A DNA stretch of 63,246 bases, filler included, from a bacterium (GTDB lineage Bacteria > JAJRZV01), in NCBI GenBank assembly GCA_024275095.1. It is 5 parts of 5 records of this genome, joined end to end, with 100 filler letters (N's around TTAATTAATTAA, not from the genome) between each part and the next. Parts side by side here need not be neighbours in the genome. Positions count along the whole stretch, not along the records: positions 1 to 21,251 come from JAJRZV010000118.1; 4 more parts are not named here. The stretch is one strand, 5' to 3'. Shown in pieces: positions 1-9,049 of this stretch. The translations under genes were made by a program, and so were the position numbers. Within the stretch, counting starts at the first letter, position 1; every line of letters starts with the position of its first letter. The notes under the pieces were generated by a model that saw only the letters and a list, made by a program, of their open reading frames with translations, had not been told where the DNA came from and searched no databases.

Positions 1-132
1 CCCGCTCCTGACACTGCTCAAAAGCTGTATAAATGCCACTGTAAGAACCGTTAAATTCTTCTGAACACTCCTGCGTAAAAAATGAAAAACTTCCCTTATT
101 ACTCCATCTATTGCCTGTAATAAATCCTCTCC

Positions 133-471
133 CTATAGCTCCTTCTTCCCTTTCTCTTTCCTCGCATCTCTTAACGCTTCCGTATACTTTATCGCAAATT
201 CCTTCATCAACTCCTGAACCTTCCTGCCGCTCTCGACCATCCTCTTCACCTCCCCAGCCAGCTCACCAGGCACATACACCGCTCGCCTCTTCCCCTTACG
301 CCTCACGTAAAGCACGTAACTGGAATGTCCCTCGCCTGTCTCGCATAAATGACAGCCCGGATAAGTACATGGACTTTTGCGTAAACTTAGAGAACCCAGC
401 CCCGCGGGAGTTAATTTCTCCAGCTCCTCATAAAACCACCTGATTACTTCTTCGGGATTTTTCTTCTCCAT
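133..471 (-). CDS. DUF6788-like IS-associated putative Zn-binding protein
   Basis: GSLSLRKSPCTYPGCHLCETGEGH motif followed by KGKRRAVYVP and a helical C-terminus. Confidence 0.7.
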   Translation of the reverse strand: MEKKNPEEVIRWFYEELEKLTPAGLGSLSLRKSPCTYPGCHLCETGEGHSSYVLYVRRKGKRRAVYVPGELAGEVKRMVESGRKVQELMKEFAIKYTEALRDARKEKGKKEL

Positions 472-477
472 ATCTTA

Positions 478-499
478 ATATGTGCCATAATGCACATAT
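478..499. promoter_or_regulatory. Palindromic operator-like site upstream of the DUF6788 gene
   Basis: ATATGTGC-N6-GCACATAT perfect inverted repeat between a minus-strand TTGACA (507-502) and the ATG at 471. Confidence 0.5.
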
Positions 500-556
500 A
501 ATGTCAAGCAAAATCTTCAGCACCAAAACTGGGGGTGGGCAAGAGTTATTAAGACG

Positions 557-585
557 TTGACAAATCTACAGGTGTTAAAGATAAT
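557..585 (+). promoter_or_regulatory. Sigma70-type promoter of the tRNA operon
   Basis: TTGACA (557-562), 17 bp, GATAAT (580-585), 23 nt upstream of tRNA-Thr. Confidence 0.7.
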
Positions 586-608
586 TCTTATTTTGTCAGG
601 ATTTAGAA

Positions 609-681
609 GCCGACGTAGCTCAACCGGTAGAGCGGCTGACTTGTAATCAGCAGGTTGCCAGTTCGAGTCTGGCCGTCGGCT
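609..681 (+). tRNA. tRNA-Thr(TGT)
   Basis: Acceptor GCCGACG/CGTCGGC, anticodon arm GCTGA-CTTGTAA-TCAGC, T-loop GTTCGAG; CCA not encoded. Confidence 0.97.
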
Positions 682-706
682 TTAAATTTGATTTTGCAGG
701 TTTCAC

Positions 707-789
707 GGAGAGGTGCCCGAGTGGCCAAAGGGGGCAGGCTGTAAACCTGCTGGCGCAAGCCTTCGGTGGTTCGAACCCACCCCTCTCCA
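707..789 (+). tRNA. tRNA-Tyr(GTA)
   Basis: Acceptor GGAGAGG/CCTCTCC, anticodon arm GCAGG-CTGTAAA-CCTGC, long variable arm, T-loop GTTCGAA. Confidence 0.97.
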
Positions 790-843
790 GCGTTTTTCAA
801 ATTCGATAAGGTTGGGGTAGAAAGCTAAACATTGTGGTATGCG

Positions 844-906
844 AATGCGGGGGTGGGTTCGAACCACCGACGCCGTGAGGCGGTGGCGAGCGGATAATAT
901 AAATGC
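844..906 (+). repeat. tRNA-linked element containing an inverted copy of the tRNA-Tyr T-arm
   Basis: 850-870 is the exact 21-bp reverse complement of 763-783. GCCGTGAG and GGCGAGCGGA blocks are shared with the element at 21394-21456. Confidence 0.7.
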
Positions 907-1089
907 ATTGTTGATGGATTCAACCGATTTGATCTTGTTAATTTCAATTTTCATCCTGTTTTATTTGAAAAATAACTTTTAAATATCCCGGTATCTCCTG
1001 CTTCAATACCGATATTCCGCGAAAAATTGCTGCAGGTTTTGAAATGTGGTCGTGGTTACTCGTTATATTGATTAAAGAGGAGGTGAAAC

Positions 1090-1230
1090 ATGAAGAAGGC
1101 ATACGCGATTGTAATAGCAGTGGTATCCGGCGTATTTTTCATAACAGGGACAGGTATGTACTTGATCGTTAAGCACTCATCTCCAGCAAGAACAGATGAG
1201 TCGAAGGAAGTGGAGCTTAAAGAAAAGTAA
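1090..1230 (+). CDS. Small single-TM hypothetical protein (46 aa)
   Basis: Strong RBS GAGGAGGTG; MKKAYAIVIAVVSGVFFITGTGMYLIVK...; too short for the ORF track. Confidence 0.55.
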   Translation: MKKAYAIVIAVVSGVFFITGTGMYLIVKHSSPARTDESKEVELKEK

Positions 1231-1653
1231 ACAGGGATTGATGAAGATTAACAAAAGGAGAGAGTATTCTGGATGAACTCTATCAGTACGCGGTGAAATG
1301 CGCTAAGTATAAGGAAGGAAACTCATCTGACAGAATGGCCTGCATAAAGTTTTTTTAATTCGGATATGTGGTCAGGCAATTGCTGCTCTGGGGACTGAAC
1401 CCGTACTCCGAGAGAATAAAGAGATGTTAAAGCGGCTGTATATCCCAACGGGTGTAAGATTCAAGGATTCAAGGTACATGTGCACCATCTTCAAAAGTTT
1501 TTATTCGGATACGTTCACCACAATATGCTTGATAAACTTGCCGGGTGCTTTAGGCGAGAGATTGAGAGAGAAACATTTTGATCTTCAAAGCGTGGACTTG
1601 CCCCAACGACATGTACAGTTTATGAAATAACAATTTCCTTCTATAATTAGCGC

Positions 1654-3606
1654 GTGCGTCATATGCCTTTTATTATTATTTGCGTGCTTGTAATGCTTCT
1701 TCTTGCTTCCTGTGGTGAAGGGGGTGGGCCTCGTCCCTATTTCAACGTGGACACGTGGGATGCGTGTGAACAGGGATTGTTTAAAATCCCGTTTCCCAGT
1801 GACCTGAGGATTCGAGATGACACGCTGGCCCTTCCCTGTCTTCGTCTGCGTGGTGGGGCAGGTCTCGTGTCTGTTTACCTTTCGGCGGTTACCCGTTCAA
1901 CACATGAGTGGGGACTCCACCACGCTGTATACTTTCGCTTCAGTGCACCTGTGGATATCTCTTCCTGGCCTGAAGACGCTACAGCCAGTGTGGATGGTAC
2001 GGGAACGGCTTTTATTGTTAACATAGATCCTTCCTGTAAAGATTACGGAAGATATATTCCTGTAACCTGGTACTATACAGATACTTATTCCGGTTACCTC
2101 CCTCCACATACTCTTGCATTACTGCCGGTGGCCGGAGCCGGTTACTCCCCGGGTTGCCTGCACGCGGCATTTGTAAAGTCGGGGATTGTCACAGTTTCTG
2201 GTGAAAAGTTCAGGCAACCCGGGGCCGTTAAGGATTTGCTCTCTGGCAGGTGCTCCTCCCCGGTACTGTGCGAGGGAGCAGATGCTTTTGTTGAGTATTT
2301 GAAAGACGCCGGTATTTCTCGAGGCAGTATTCTCGTCTTTACCACCTTTCGCGCTGGCAGGCCCTATGAAGAACTGGAAAAAGCGATAGATTTTCTGGAT
2401 GCCCGGGCGTACGTGCCGGGTGTACAGGATTTTTCTTATACCGGCGTTGTTACTGAATCGTATCCCAGCGTTGTAACAGGTTCTTTTTACCTGTATGAAG
2501 GCCATGCTTCAGTGCTTACGTTTCAGCAAGGCGATCCCCCGTATTTCGATTTTGCTCGGAACAGCGGTGCCATCTTTTTTGACGAATGGGGGGATCCAGT
2601 AACTGCAGGTCGTACGAATGTACGATTTATATTTGCGCATCCAGAGAACGCCTCCGGTTCCATCCCGTGTGTTGTGTATTCCCACGGTACAGGGGGTGAT
2701 GCATATACAGTGCTTTACAACGGTGTGGCACTTAATTTAACCGCGCGCGGCATAGGTGTACTCTCCTTTGATGCTCCTCTTCACGGAGAGCGCATGCCGT
2801 ACAACATCGACCCTGTTTATACATTTTTCAATCCCCTGAACTTATACGCAGCAAGAGATAACATCAGGGAGACAGCCCTGGAGATCGCGCAATTTGTGAG
2901 ATTGGCTGAGCATTTTAAACTCGATGCAACTTTCAACCCTGATGGATTGACCGTTTCGTGCAATCCGTCGCAAATTTATTTTATGGGACATTCCCAGGGT
3001 GCTATTACAGGTGTTCCTTACCTTGGTTCGGATGACCACGTTAAGGGCGCGGTGCTTTCCGGCGGGGGCGGGGTGCTGCTTTATTCTCTTATAGATAAGG
3101 AACTACCTGTGCCAATTGCTCCCATGATTGAGGCTGTTTTTGGAAGCACAGAAGATTTAACTCCCTACCACTTTTTGCTCAATCTTTTTCAGATGTTCCT
3201 GGAAAGGGCCGATCCTGTTACATATGCACCGCGTATGTTGCGCGAAAGGCCGGAGACGTGGAGACCCCTTCACCTTTTTGTTTCTGAGGGCATGAAAGAT
3301 GGATACACTCCGCCGAGGAATGCAGAGGCCTTATGTGGTGCATCCGGACTTCCCCAGGTTGAACCGATCGCTTCCCTTGTGCCTCTTTACCAGCTTCAAG
3401 ATGAGAAAAGGGTTCAAACTTCCCCCGCCGTATTTAATGTTACCATCCCTTCAGGAGATTCTGTAACAGCGGGTTTTATACAATTTCCTGATTACGGACA
3501 TTTTGCGCTTTTTGACTCACCCTGCGGGTATTCCATGTGGGGTGTGTTTTTTCAATCGCTCGCTTCAGAAACACCGGTCATTGATACGGCGTGCCTGAGA
3601 CAGTGA
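1654..3606 (+). CDS. Lipoprotein alpha/beta hydrolase (lipase/esterase-like)
   Basis: Lipobox LLASC, PFPSD N-terminal motif, HGTGG, nucleophile elbow GHSQG, D and H triad candidates (DGYTP, GHF). Confidence 0.75.
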   Translation: MRHMPFIIICVLVMLLLASCGEGGGPRPYFNVDTWDACEQGLFKIPFPSDLRIRDDTLALPCLRLRGGAGLVSVYLSAVTRSTHEWGLHHAVYFRFSAPVDISSWPEDATASVDGTGTAFIVNIDPSCKDYGRYIPVTWYYTDTYSGYLPPHTLALLPVAGAGYSPGCLHAAFVKSGIVTVSGEKFRQPGAVKDLLSGRCSSPVLCEGADAFVEYLKDAGISRGSILVFTTFRAGRPYEELEKAIDFLDARAYVPGVQDFSYTGVVTESYPSVVTGSFYLYEGHASVLTFQQGDPPYFDFARNSGAIFFDEWGDPVTAGRTNVRFIFAHPENASGSIPCVVYSHGTGGDAYTVLYNGVALNLTARGIGVLSFDAPLHGERMPYNIDPVYTFFNPLNLYAARDNIRETALEIAQFVRLAEHFKLDATFNPDGLTVSCNPSQIYFMGHSQGAITGVPYLGSDDHVKGAVLSGGGGVLLYSLIDKELPVPIAPMIEAVFGSTEDLTPYHFLLNLFQMFLERADPVTYAPRMLRERPETWRPLHLFVSEGMKDGYTPPRNAEALCGASGLPQVEPIASLVPLYQLQDEKRVQTSPAVFNVTIPSGDSVTAGFIQFPDYGHFALFDSPCGYSMWGVFFQSLASETPVIDTACLRQ

Positions 3607-5747
3607 GAAACTCACGAATTCCCTTTTCTGTGGGTTTCATTGCCGCTTGTTTTCAGGTAATTTTCCTGCGCCGGCTGTATGCGGCATTTGCAGGAAGTGA
3701 AGTTGCCGTGGGCATGGGCTTTTTTGCCTGGATGGATCTTTACGGTGCAGGAGGGCTTCTGCTGGGACGATATGCAGACAGGGTGGGTCCCCGGGTAAAG
3801 GTATTTCTCGCTGTTTCCGCTGTGGTTGATGTACTGAGCATTGGGGCTATTCTTGTTTCTTACCGTCTGGGGGACCTGTTTGGATATGCTCCTGGTGAGT
3901 TGTTGCAGCCCTTTCTGGCGTTGCCGGCATCGTTGATGCTTGCTGTCCCGTGTGTCGGGATGGGGTTCTTGTTTGCACTGGCACCTGTTATTGTCAGGGG
4001 AGAAGAGGCCATTTCCCGTGCTTATTCTTTTGAGGCTATGGGTGGAGTGGCAGGGGCTCTGCTCACGGTTGCTACTGCTGCTGCAGGTTTTACAGGACTG
4101 AACGAAATGCTTGTTGCAATTCTCGTTCACCTGTTCATTCTCGTACCTTATTTCGTCGTCGTGCCTGTTATTGCTGTGGCGGGAATCGTTTGTTCTTTAA
4201 TCGACCTGGATGCTGTCTTTTTAAACGCCATGGGACGTTATGGAAATGTTCTTGTCAACACTGCAAGCCCTTACAGTCACCTGATGGTTACTCTCGACAG
4301 GGGACAGTCCACGCTTTATGTGAACGAGATGCCAGCCGGTGTTATCGGCCAGCGAGCCACACGGGAGTTGCCCGTACTTCTTGCAGATTACTATGCTCCA
4401 CCGGGTCGGCTGTTATTGATAGGTCCTGACCTTACCGCGGCGTGTACGATTGTATCTGCCACCGGCAGGAAAGTTACGCTCCTGTGGCGTGATGAGAAGG
4501 AAGTGAACATCCAGTGGTCTTTTGTTGGTCCATGTGCGAACCGTAAGAATATTAAACTTGTTTTTGTCGACCCCTTCTCCTATGTAAGGCAGGCGACACA
4601 GAAGTACGCGGGTGTGATACTTGCACCGGGTCCTCCCACGAGCCTCGCTGCCTCCCTTTTGTGGTCAAAGGAATTTTTTGAAAATTTAAAATCCGTGGTC
4701 CTTGCACGCGGCATTGTCGTGTCGGTTGCCGGGGAGGTGACCTCGACCCTTTCGTCAGCACAGGCTGATTTTCTTTCAATTTATATAAATACCCTTTCAG
4801 AAGCGGGATTCAAAAGCACGGTTTTTCCTGCAGGACCTTTCGTATTCGTTTCGTCTCTCCAGGGAGCGCCGGCGGTTCCAGATCCAGGAGTGCTCGATGC
4901 TTACATGAGCAAGAAGGGATACTACTTCCCCTACGCATCGTCTCGAAACATCGGATATCTATTAACTCCGGATCGGGTGAATTATTATTTATCCCAGATA
5001 AAAAAACGTCGGAAAACTTTCTCCAGCATTTACCATCCCCGTATTTACATGGCTGCAGCAGCGTTTTATGCAGAAATTGCAAAACCCGGACTTTACCGTA
5101 TTTTCATGAAAGTTGAAAAATACGGGATGTTTTTAACAGCTACAGCAATGTTAATGGCGCTGATTACAGCGTTTACATTTTTCAGGTTCGGTCCGGAGAA
5201 AGGCGGAGCCGCGGGAGCTGTTTTTGCAGCAGGATTCTCATCCATGGGTTTTGTTGTGCTCCTTCTGACCCTTTTTCAGGCAGCGCATGGGAGTTTGTAT
5301 ACGAGAATCAGCCTCTTCAATGCCGTATATTTTATCGCCATCGCCCTGGGAGCGCGGGGTTACGGATTGAGAAAAATTCGGCTTTATGAAATATTATTTT
5401 TTCTCTCCGTTGGTATCGGCGTTTCGCTCTACGGTCTTGCTGTGGTGTTTAAAATGGGACTTCTCCCCGCTGAAATTTTTTACTACGGGGCCAACTTTAT
5501 TGTTGGGTTCCTCGCTGCTGCGGTTTTTCGAGGCGCTTCGGCTGAAGCTGAACGAGACCGAATGGGACGGTGGGCTGGTGTGCTGGACTTTGCAGACCAT
5601 ACAGGCGCGGCCGTGGGTGCTGCAATTACAGCACTTCTTGCCCTTCCTTTCCTTGGCATGGTGGAAGGAGTGTTTTTAAGTTTTGTGTTTCCGCTGGTGG
5701 TGATCGTTGCAGCCGAAGCATTCTCCCACTTCGCGAAAATTTCATGA
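3591..5747 (+). CDS. Multi-TM membrane protein fused to a spermidine-synthase-like domain
   Basis: N- and C-terminal TM bundles around SPYSHL...LWSKEFFENLKSVV...GIV; AYSFEAMGGVAG and DHTGAAVG motifs typical of this family. Confidence 0.7.
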   Translation: MPETVRNSRIPFSVGFIAACFQVIFLRRLYAAFAGSEVAVGMGFFAWMDLYGAGGLLLGRYADRVGPRVKVFLAVSAVVDVLSIGAILVSYRLGDLFGYAPGELLQPFLALPASLMLAVPCVGMGFLFALAPVIVRGEEAISRAYSFEAMGGVAGALLTVATAAAGFTGLNEMLVAILVHLFILVPYFVVVPVIAVAGIVCSLIDLDAVFLNAMGRYGNVLVNTASPYSHLMVTLDRGQSTLYVNEMPAGVIGQRATRELPVLLADYYAPPGRLLLIGPDLTAACTIVSATGRKVTLLWRDEKEVNIQWSFVGPCANRKNIKLVFVDPFSYVRQATQKYAGVILAPGPPTSLAASLLWSKEFFENLKSVVLARGIVVSVAGEVTSTLSSAQADFLSIYINTLSEAGFKSTVFPAGPFVFVSSLQGAPAVPDPGVLDAYMSKKGYYFPYASSRNIGYLLTPDRVNYYLSQIKKRRKTFSSIYHPRIYMAAAAFYAEIAKPGLYRIFMKVEKYGMFLTATAMLMALITAFTFFRFGPEKGGAAGAVFAAGFSSMGFVVLLLTLFQAAHGSLYTRISLFNAVYFIAIALGARGYGLRKIRLYEILFFLSVGIGVSLYGLAVVFKMGLLPAEIFYYGANFIVGFLAAAVFRGASAEAERDRMGRWAGVLDFADHTGAAVGAAITALLALPFLGMVEGVFLSFVFPLVVIVAAEAFSHFAKIS

Positions 5748-5916
5748 ATTGTTACAGGGAATTTGAGGAAGAATGCCAGGGGGAAGTAAAGACATTTCCC
5801 TTTATATTTCCCACCCGCCCTATCCCTGTTTTTCTGGCGCGCAGTAAGCACTCGCGCCTTATTTAAGGTGCGTCTGGATCAGGGCCGGCACAGGGCGCAG
5901 GTTGAGCAATTACAGG

Positions 5917-7395
5917 TTAAAAGAGCGCGTCGTACCACATTCTTCTTTGTCTTTCATTGACCAGGCTTGTGGACACATGCTTTTCTTCGGTGTATGCCAG
6001 CAGGCCGCTCTTGCCGAGTTCCCGGCCGATGCCGCTTTCCTTGTAACCTCCAAAGGGTGCATAAGGATTTAAAATATGATGCTCGTTTATCCAGACCGTT
6101 CCGGCCTGAATCTTTCTTGCCACCCCCGCTGCTCTGGTCAAATTGGATGACCATACGGAAGCAGCAAGACCATAATTTGTATCATTTGCTATGGATACAG
6201 CCTCTTCCTCATTTTTAAATTTGATAATGCTCATTACCGGACCGAAAATCTCATCCCGTTCAATAGACATGCCAGGTTTCACATCCGTAAAGATTGTGGG
6301 TTTTATGTAATATCCTTTTTCCAGATGCTCAGGTCTTGAGCCGCCTGTAACCAGCGTGGCGCCTTCTTCTGTTCCTTTTTTTATGTAGGACTCCACTTTA
6401 TCCCGATGCTCGGCAGATATCAGTGGCCCCATTCCCGTGGTCATGTCCATGGGGTCGCCGACTTTTATCCTCTCAGCTCGTTCTTTAACCCGTGAGAGAA
6501 ATTCGTCGTAGATTGAACTGTGGACAAGCACTCTCGAGCCGGAAGTACAAACCTGACCTGAATGATAGAAATTTGCAAAAAGAGCCCCGTCTATAGCCAG
6601 ATTAAGGTCGGCATCATCGAAAACAACAAAAGGATTCTTTCCTCCGAGTTCAAGTGTAATTCTTTCTATCCGACCTGAAGCGAGCTCGTATATTCTTTTC
6701 CCCACAGCAGTAGAGCCTGTGAAAGATATTTTTCTGATTGAGGGATGTTTAACAAGCGCTCCACCGGTTTCGGCATCGCCTGTAACGATGTTGAATACTC
6801 CCTCTGGCAGACCTGCTTCAAGAAAGATTTCAGCAAGCATAAAGGCTGTCAGAGGGGTTTGAGGAGCAGGCTTGAGCACAACCGTGTTGCCCATAACAAT
6901 TGCTGGAGCCACTTTCCACACAGCCATTAAAAGGGGAAAGTTCCACGGTATAATGCATCCGCATACTCCGAGAGGTTCTCTTCTGACAAAGCTGAAATTG
7001 ATGAAAAGGTTTTCCTCGATCCTTACATTATCGTGCAGGAGCTCTGTGGCAAGATGCGAAAATGCCCTCAGGTTTGCTGCTGCAAAATTAACGTCACCCA
7101 GGGCTTTTCGCATGGTGCATCCCGAATTTTCGACTTCTGTTTTCGCAATTTCCATGGTTTTTGAGGTTAACAGTTTGGCTGCCTTTCTCAATACCTCGGC
7201 TCTTTTTTCAACATTCTTTTTAGACCATGTCTTGAAGGCTTTTTCGGCCGATTGAACCGCCATATCCACATCTGTTTCTGAAGACCACACAATTTCCTCA
7301 ATTACTTCTTCTGTAGCAGGGTTGATGATTTTGCCGACATTTTTGGGACCGCTACTTTCCACTTTTTTACCGTCTATAAAAGTACCCTCTATCAT
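5917..7395 (-). CDS. NAD(P)-dependent aldehyde dehydrogenase
   Basis: PWNFP, FTGSTAVG, LELGGKNP, GQVCT, EIFGPV, PFGGYKESGIGRE; ATG at 7395 with RBS GAAGGAGG. Confidence 0.95.
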   Translation of the reverse strand: MIEGTFIDGKKVESSGPKNVGKIINPATEEVIEEIVWSSETDVDMAVQSAEKAFKTWSKKNVEKRAEVLRKAAKLLTSKTMEIAKTEVENSGCTMRKALGDVNFAAANLRAFSHLATELLHDNVRIEENLFINFSFVRREPLGVCGCIIPWNFPLLMAVWKVAPAIVMGNTVVLKPAPQTPLTAFMLAEIFLEAGLPEGVFNIVTGDAETGGALVKHPSIRKISFTGSTAVGKRIYELASGRIERITLELGGKNPFVVFDDADLNLAIDGALFANFYHSGQVCTSGSRVLVHSSIYDEFLSRVKERAERIKVGDPMDMTTGMGPLISAEHRDKVESYIKKGTEEGATLVTGGSRPEHLEKGYYIKPTIFTDVKPGMSIERDEIFGPVMSIIKFKNEEEAVSIANDTNYGLAASVWSSNLTRAAGVARKIQAGTVWINEHHILNPYAPFGGYKESGIGRELGKSGLLAYTEEKHVSTSLVNERQRRMWYDALF

Positions 7396-7562
7396 TTTGC
7401 CTCCTTCGAGCGTATTTTTTTGCTCCGTCAAGGAGCTTTTTATTCAGGTATTCTAATTGCTGAACGAAAGGAGTTCAATTTTATTGCGTATATCTGAGAA
7501 TGCCGTTCAGTAGTGTGTGCGTGCTTTGCGAAAGACGTTTTTGTTGACGTACCGAGATTTCA

Positions 7563-7590
7563 GTGTTACGGTTTTGTAAAAAAGTAATAC
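7563..7590 (+). promoter_or_regulatory. Putative NikR operator
   Basis: GTGTTA-N16-TAATAC, one mismatch from a perfect GTGTTA-N16-TAACAC palindrome. It overlaps the -10 region of a TTGACG (7544-7549) promoter ahead of nickel-transport genes. Confidence 0.7.
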
Positions 7591-7601
7591 AGAGGGATGT
7601 C

Positions 7602-8402
7602 GTGAAAAAGAAAGTGCAGTTTGTAAAGGGCTTTTTCAAGACAATGACAGGAATATTTGTATTTTGTGGTGTTGCAGGAAGTCCTTTTCTGGCCCACGCA
7701 CACCACGCACTGGAGTTCATCGATGTTGAATCATATTCAGTAGCTCCTCACCTGGGCTTTATTTTTTATACCCGTTATGATTACAGGGTAGATGATAAGA
7801 ATGACCCTTCCCTTGATCACTGGGAAATTACCCCGGGCATCTCGTGCGGACTGTTTAATTTTCTCATGCTCGATGCACACACACATCTGGCCCGTTTTGG
7901 ACCGGGACACGTGGTGGACGGTACGGAACTCCCACCGTTTTTCGAGGCCTTCAGTGTTTCAGCACTTGCACAGATTACCAGGCCCCGTCAGTTTTTCCTC
8001 GACCTTGCCTTTTATCTTTCTTATGAGAACCCTTTTGAAAGAAGCAGAAATTACTTGGATGGCAAATATGGTATCGAAGGAATGTTGGTTGCTGAACATA
8101 CTTTCGCCAATCATGCTAAGATTACGGTCAATGCAGGTTACAGCCATGAATTCGACGGGGAGACCGATTATCCGTATGCCATTGGTATTAAAACCCCTCT
8201 CACCGAAGATGAACACGGAATTTCAGCAGGACTTGAAATTTTCGGGTCATTTAAGTCAACGGAAATTGAAACACTGGCAGGGGTTTATATGCCTTTTCTG
8301 GAGTCCATTTTGATGAAGGTTGGTTTAGGGATTTCCTTTGAGGAAGAATTGGGAGCAGCAAAAGGTTACAGGGCGGCTTTCCAGCTCATGTATATTTTCT
8401 GA
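7602..8402 (+). CDS. Uncharacterised outer-membrane beta-barrel-like protein with N-terminal His pair
   Basis: GTG at 7602 after AGAGGG; signal peptide ending AHA then HHALEF; amphipathic beta strands; C-terminal YIF. Confidence 0.6.
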   Translation: MKKKVQFVKGFFKTMTGIFVFCGVAGSPFLAHAHHALEFIDVESYSVAPHLGFIFYTRYDYRVDDKNDPSLDHWEITPGISCGLFNFLMLDAHTHLARFGPGHVVDGTELPPFFEAFSVSALAQITRPRQFFLDLAFYLSYENPFERSRNYLDGKYGIEGMLVAEHTFANHAKITVNAGYSHEFDGETDYPYAIGIKTPLTEDEHGISAGLEIFGSFKSTEIETLAGVYMPFLESILMKVGLGISFEEELGAAKGYRAAFQLMYIF

Positions 8403-8413
8403 AGGAGGGGAGT

Positions 8414-9049
8414 GTGAAGCAGGTTGTCCGATATATAGCTATTATTGGTGTTGCAGTATTGCTGTTTCCTTTTAATGCCCTTGCTCATTATTTCTGGATC
8501 ACTGTGGAGCAGGTACAGGGAAAGGAGCAGGTAAGAGTATGCGGTGGGCATAACTTTCCAAAGTGTGAATTTGCTCCTGATCTGCGACGAATCAATGTAA
8601 CGGCATATCGGTATGAAGCACCAAAAGGCAAAGCTCAGATTGTGAGCCTTGCACCTTTTGGAAATACGCTGCAGGGCGAGTTCGCTGGAAAAGAAGGAAA
8701 AGGTTTTTTCTATTTCCTTCTCAGGAAGAAGACACTGCAGAGGGTCATATACTGTGGAGAATATGTGGATGTTTCTAACGCTGGTTATACAGGCCGGGTA
8801 AAGGATTTGCAGCTCTGTCCTGTAAAATTACGTATTTCAGGAACTCAATCAGCCGGGAAGATTTCAATGGTGGTTGAAGGTGAGGCAGGTCCTGTTACAT
8901 GGCAGGTGAAATGGTTTGGCCCCGATGGCAGGCAGCGGTTTCTTACGGTCTCGAAAAAGGGCCGGGAAATTCAGTTGTCCAGTGGTCTGCACATGTTTGC
9001 AGTGGAAAAGGGCGGTACGGGTTATTCTGTGGTGGTGAGGGTGCGGTGA
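8414..9049 (+). CDS. Periplasmic DUF4198-like metal-uptake protein
   Basis: Signal peptide ALA then HYFW and GHNFP, the DUF4198 N-terminal pattern. Confidence 0.6.
   Translation: MKQVVRYIAIIGVAVLLFPFNALAHYFWITVEQVQGKEQVRVCGGHNFPKCEFAPDLRRINVTAYRYEAPKGKAQIVSLAPFGNTLQGEFAGKEGKGFFYFLLRKKTLQRVIYCGEYVDVSNAGYTGRVKDLQLCPVKLRISGTQSAGKISMVVEGEAGPVTWQVKWFGPDGRQRFLTVSKKGREIQLSSGLHMFAVEKGGTGYSVVVRVR

Larger units (their letters stand above)
1..533 (-). mobile_element. End of a putative IS element (DUF6788 accessory gene plus a transposase-like frame running off the window)
   Basis: DUF6788-type ORF, a family usually found beside transposases. A 44-codon stop-free frame continues from 132 to 1. Minus strand reads CCCAGTTTT...CTTGACA from 533, resembling an IS terminus with a -35 box. 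Boundary is approximate. Confidence 0.5.
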
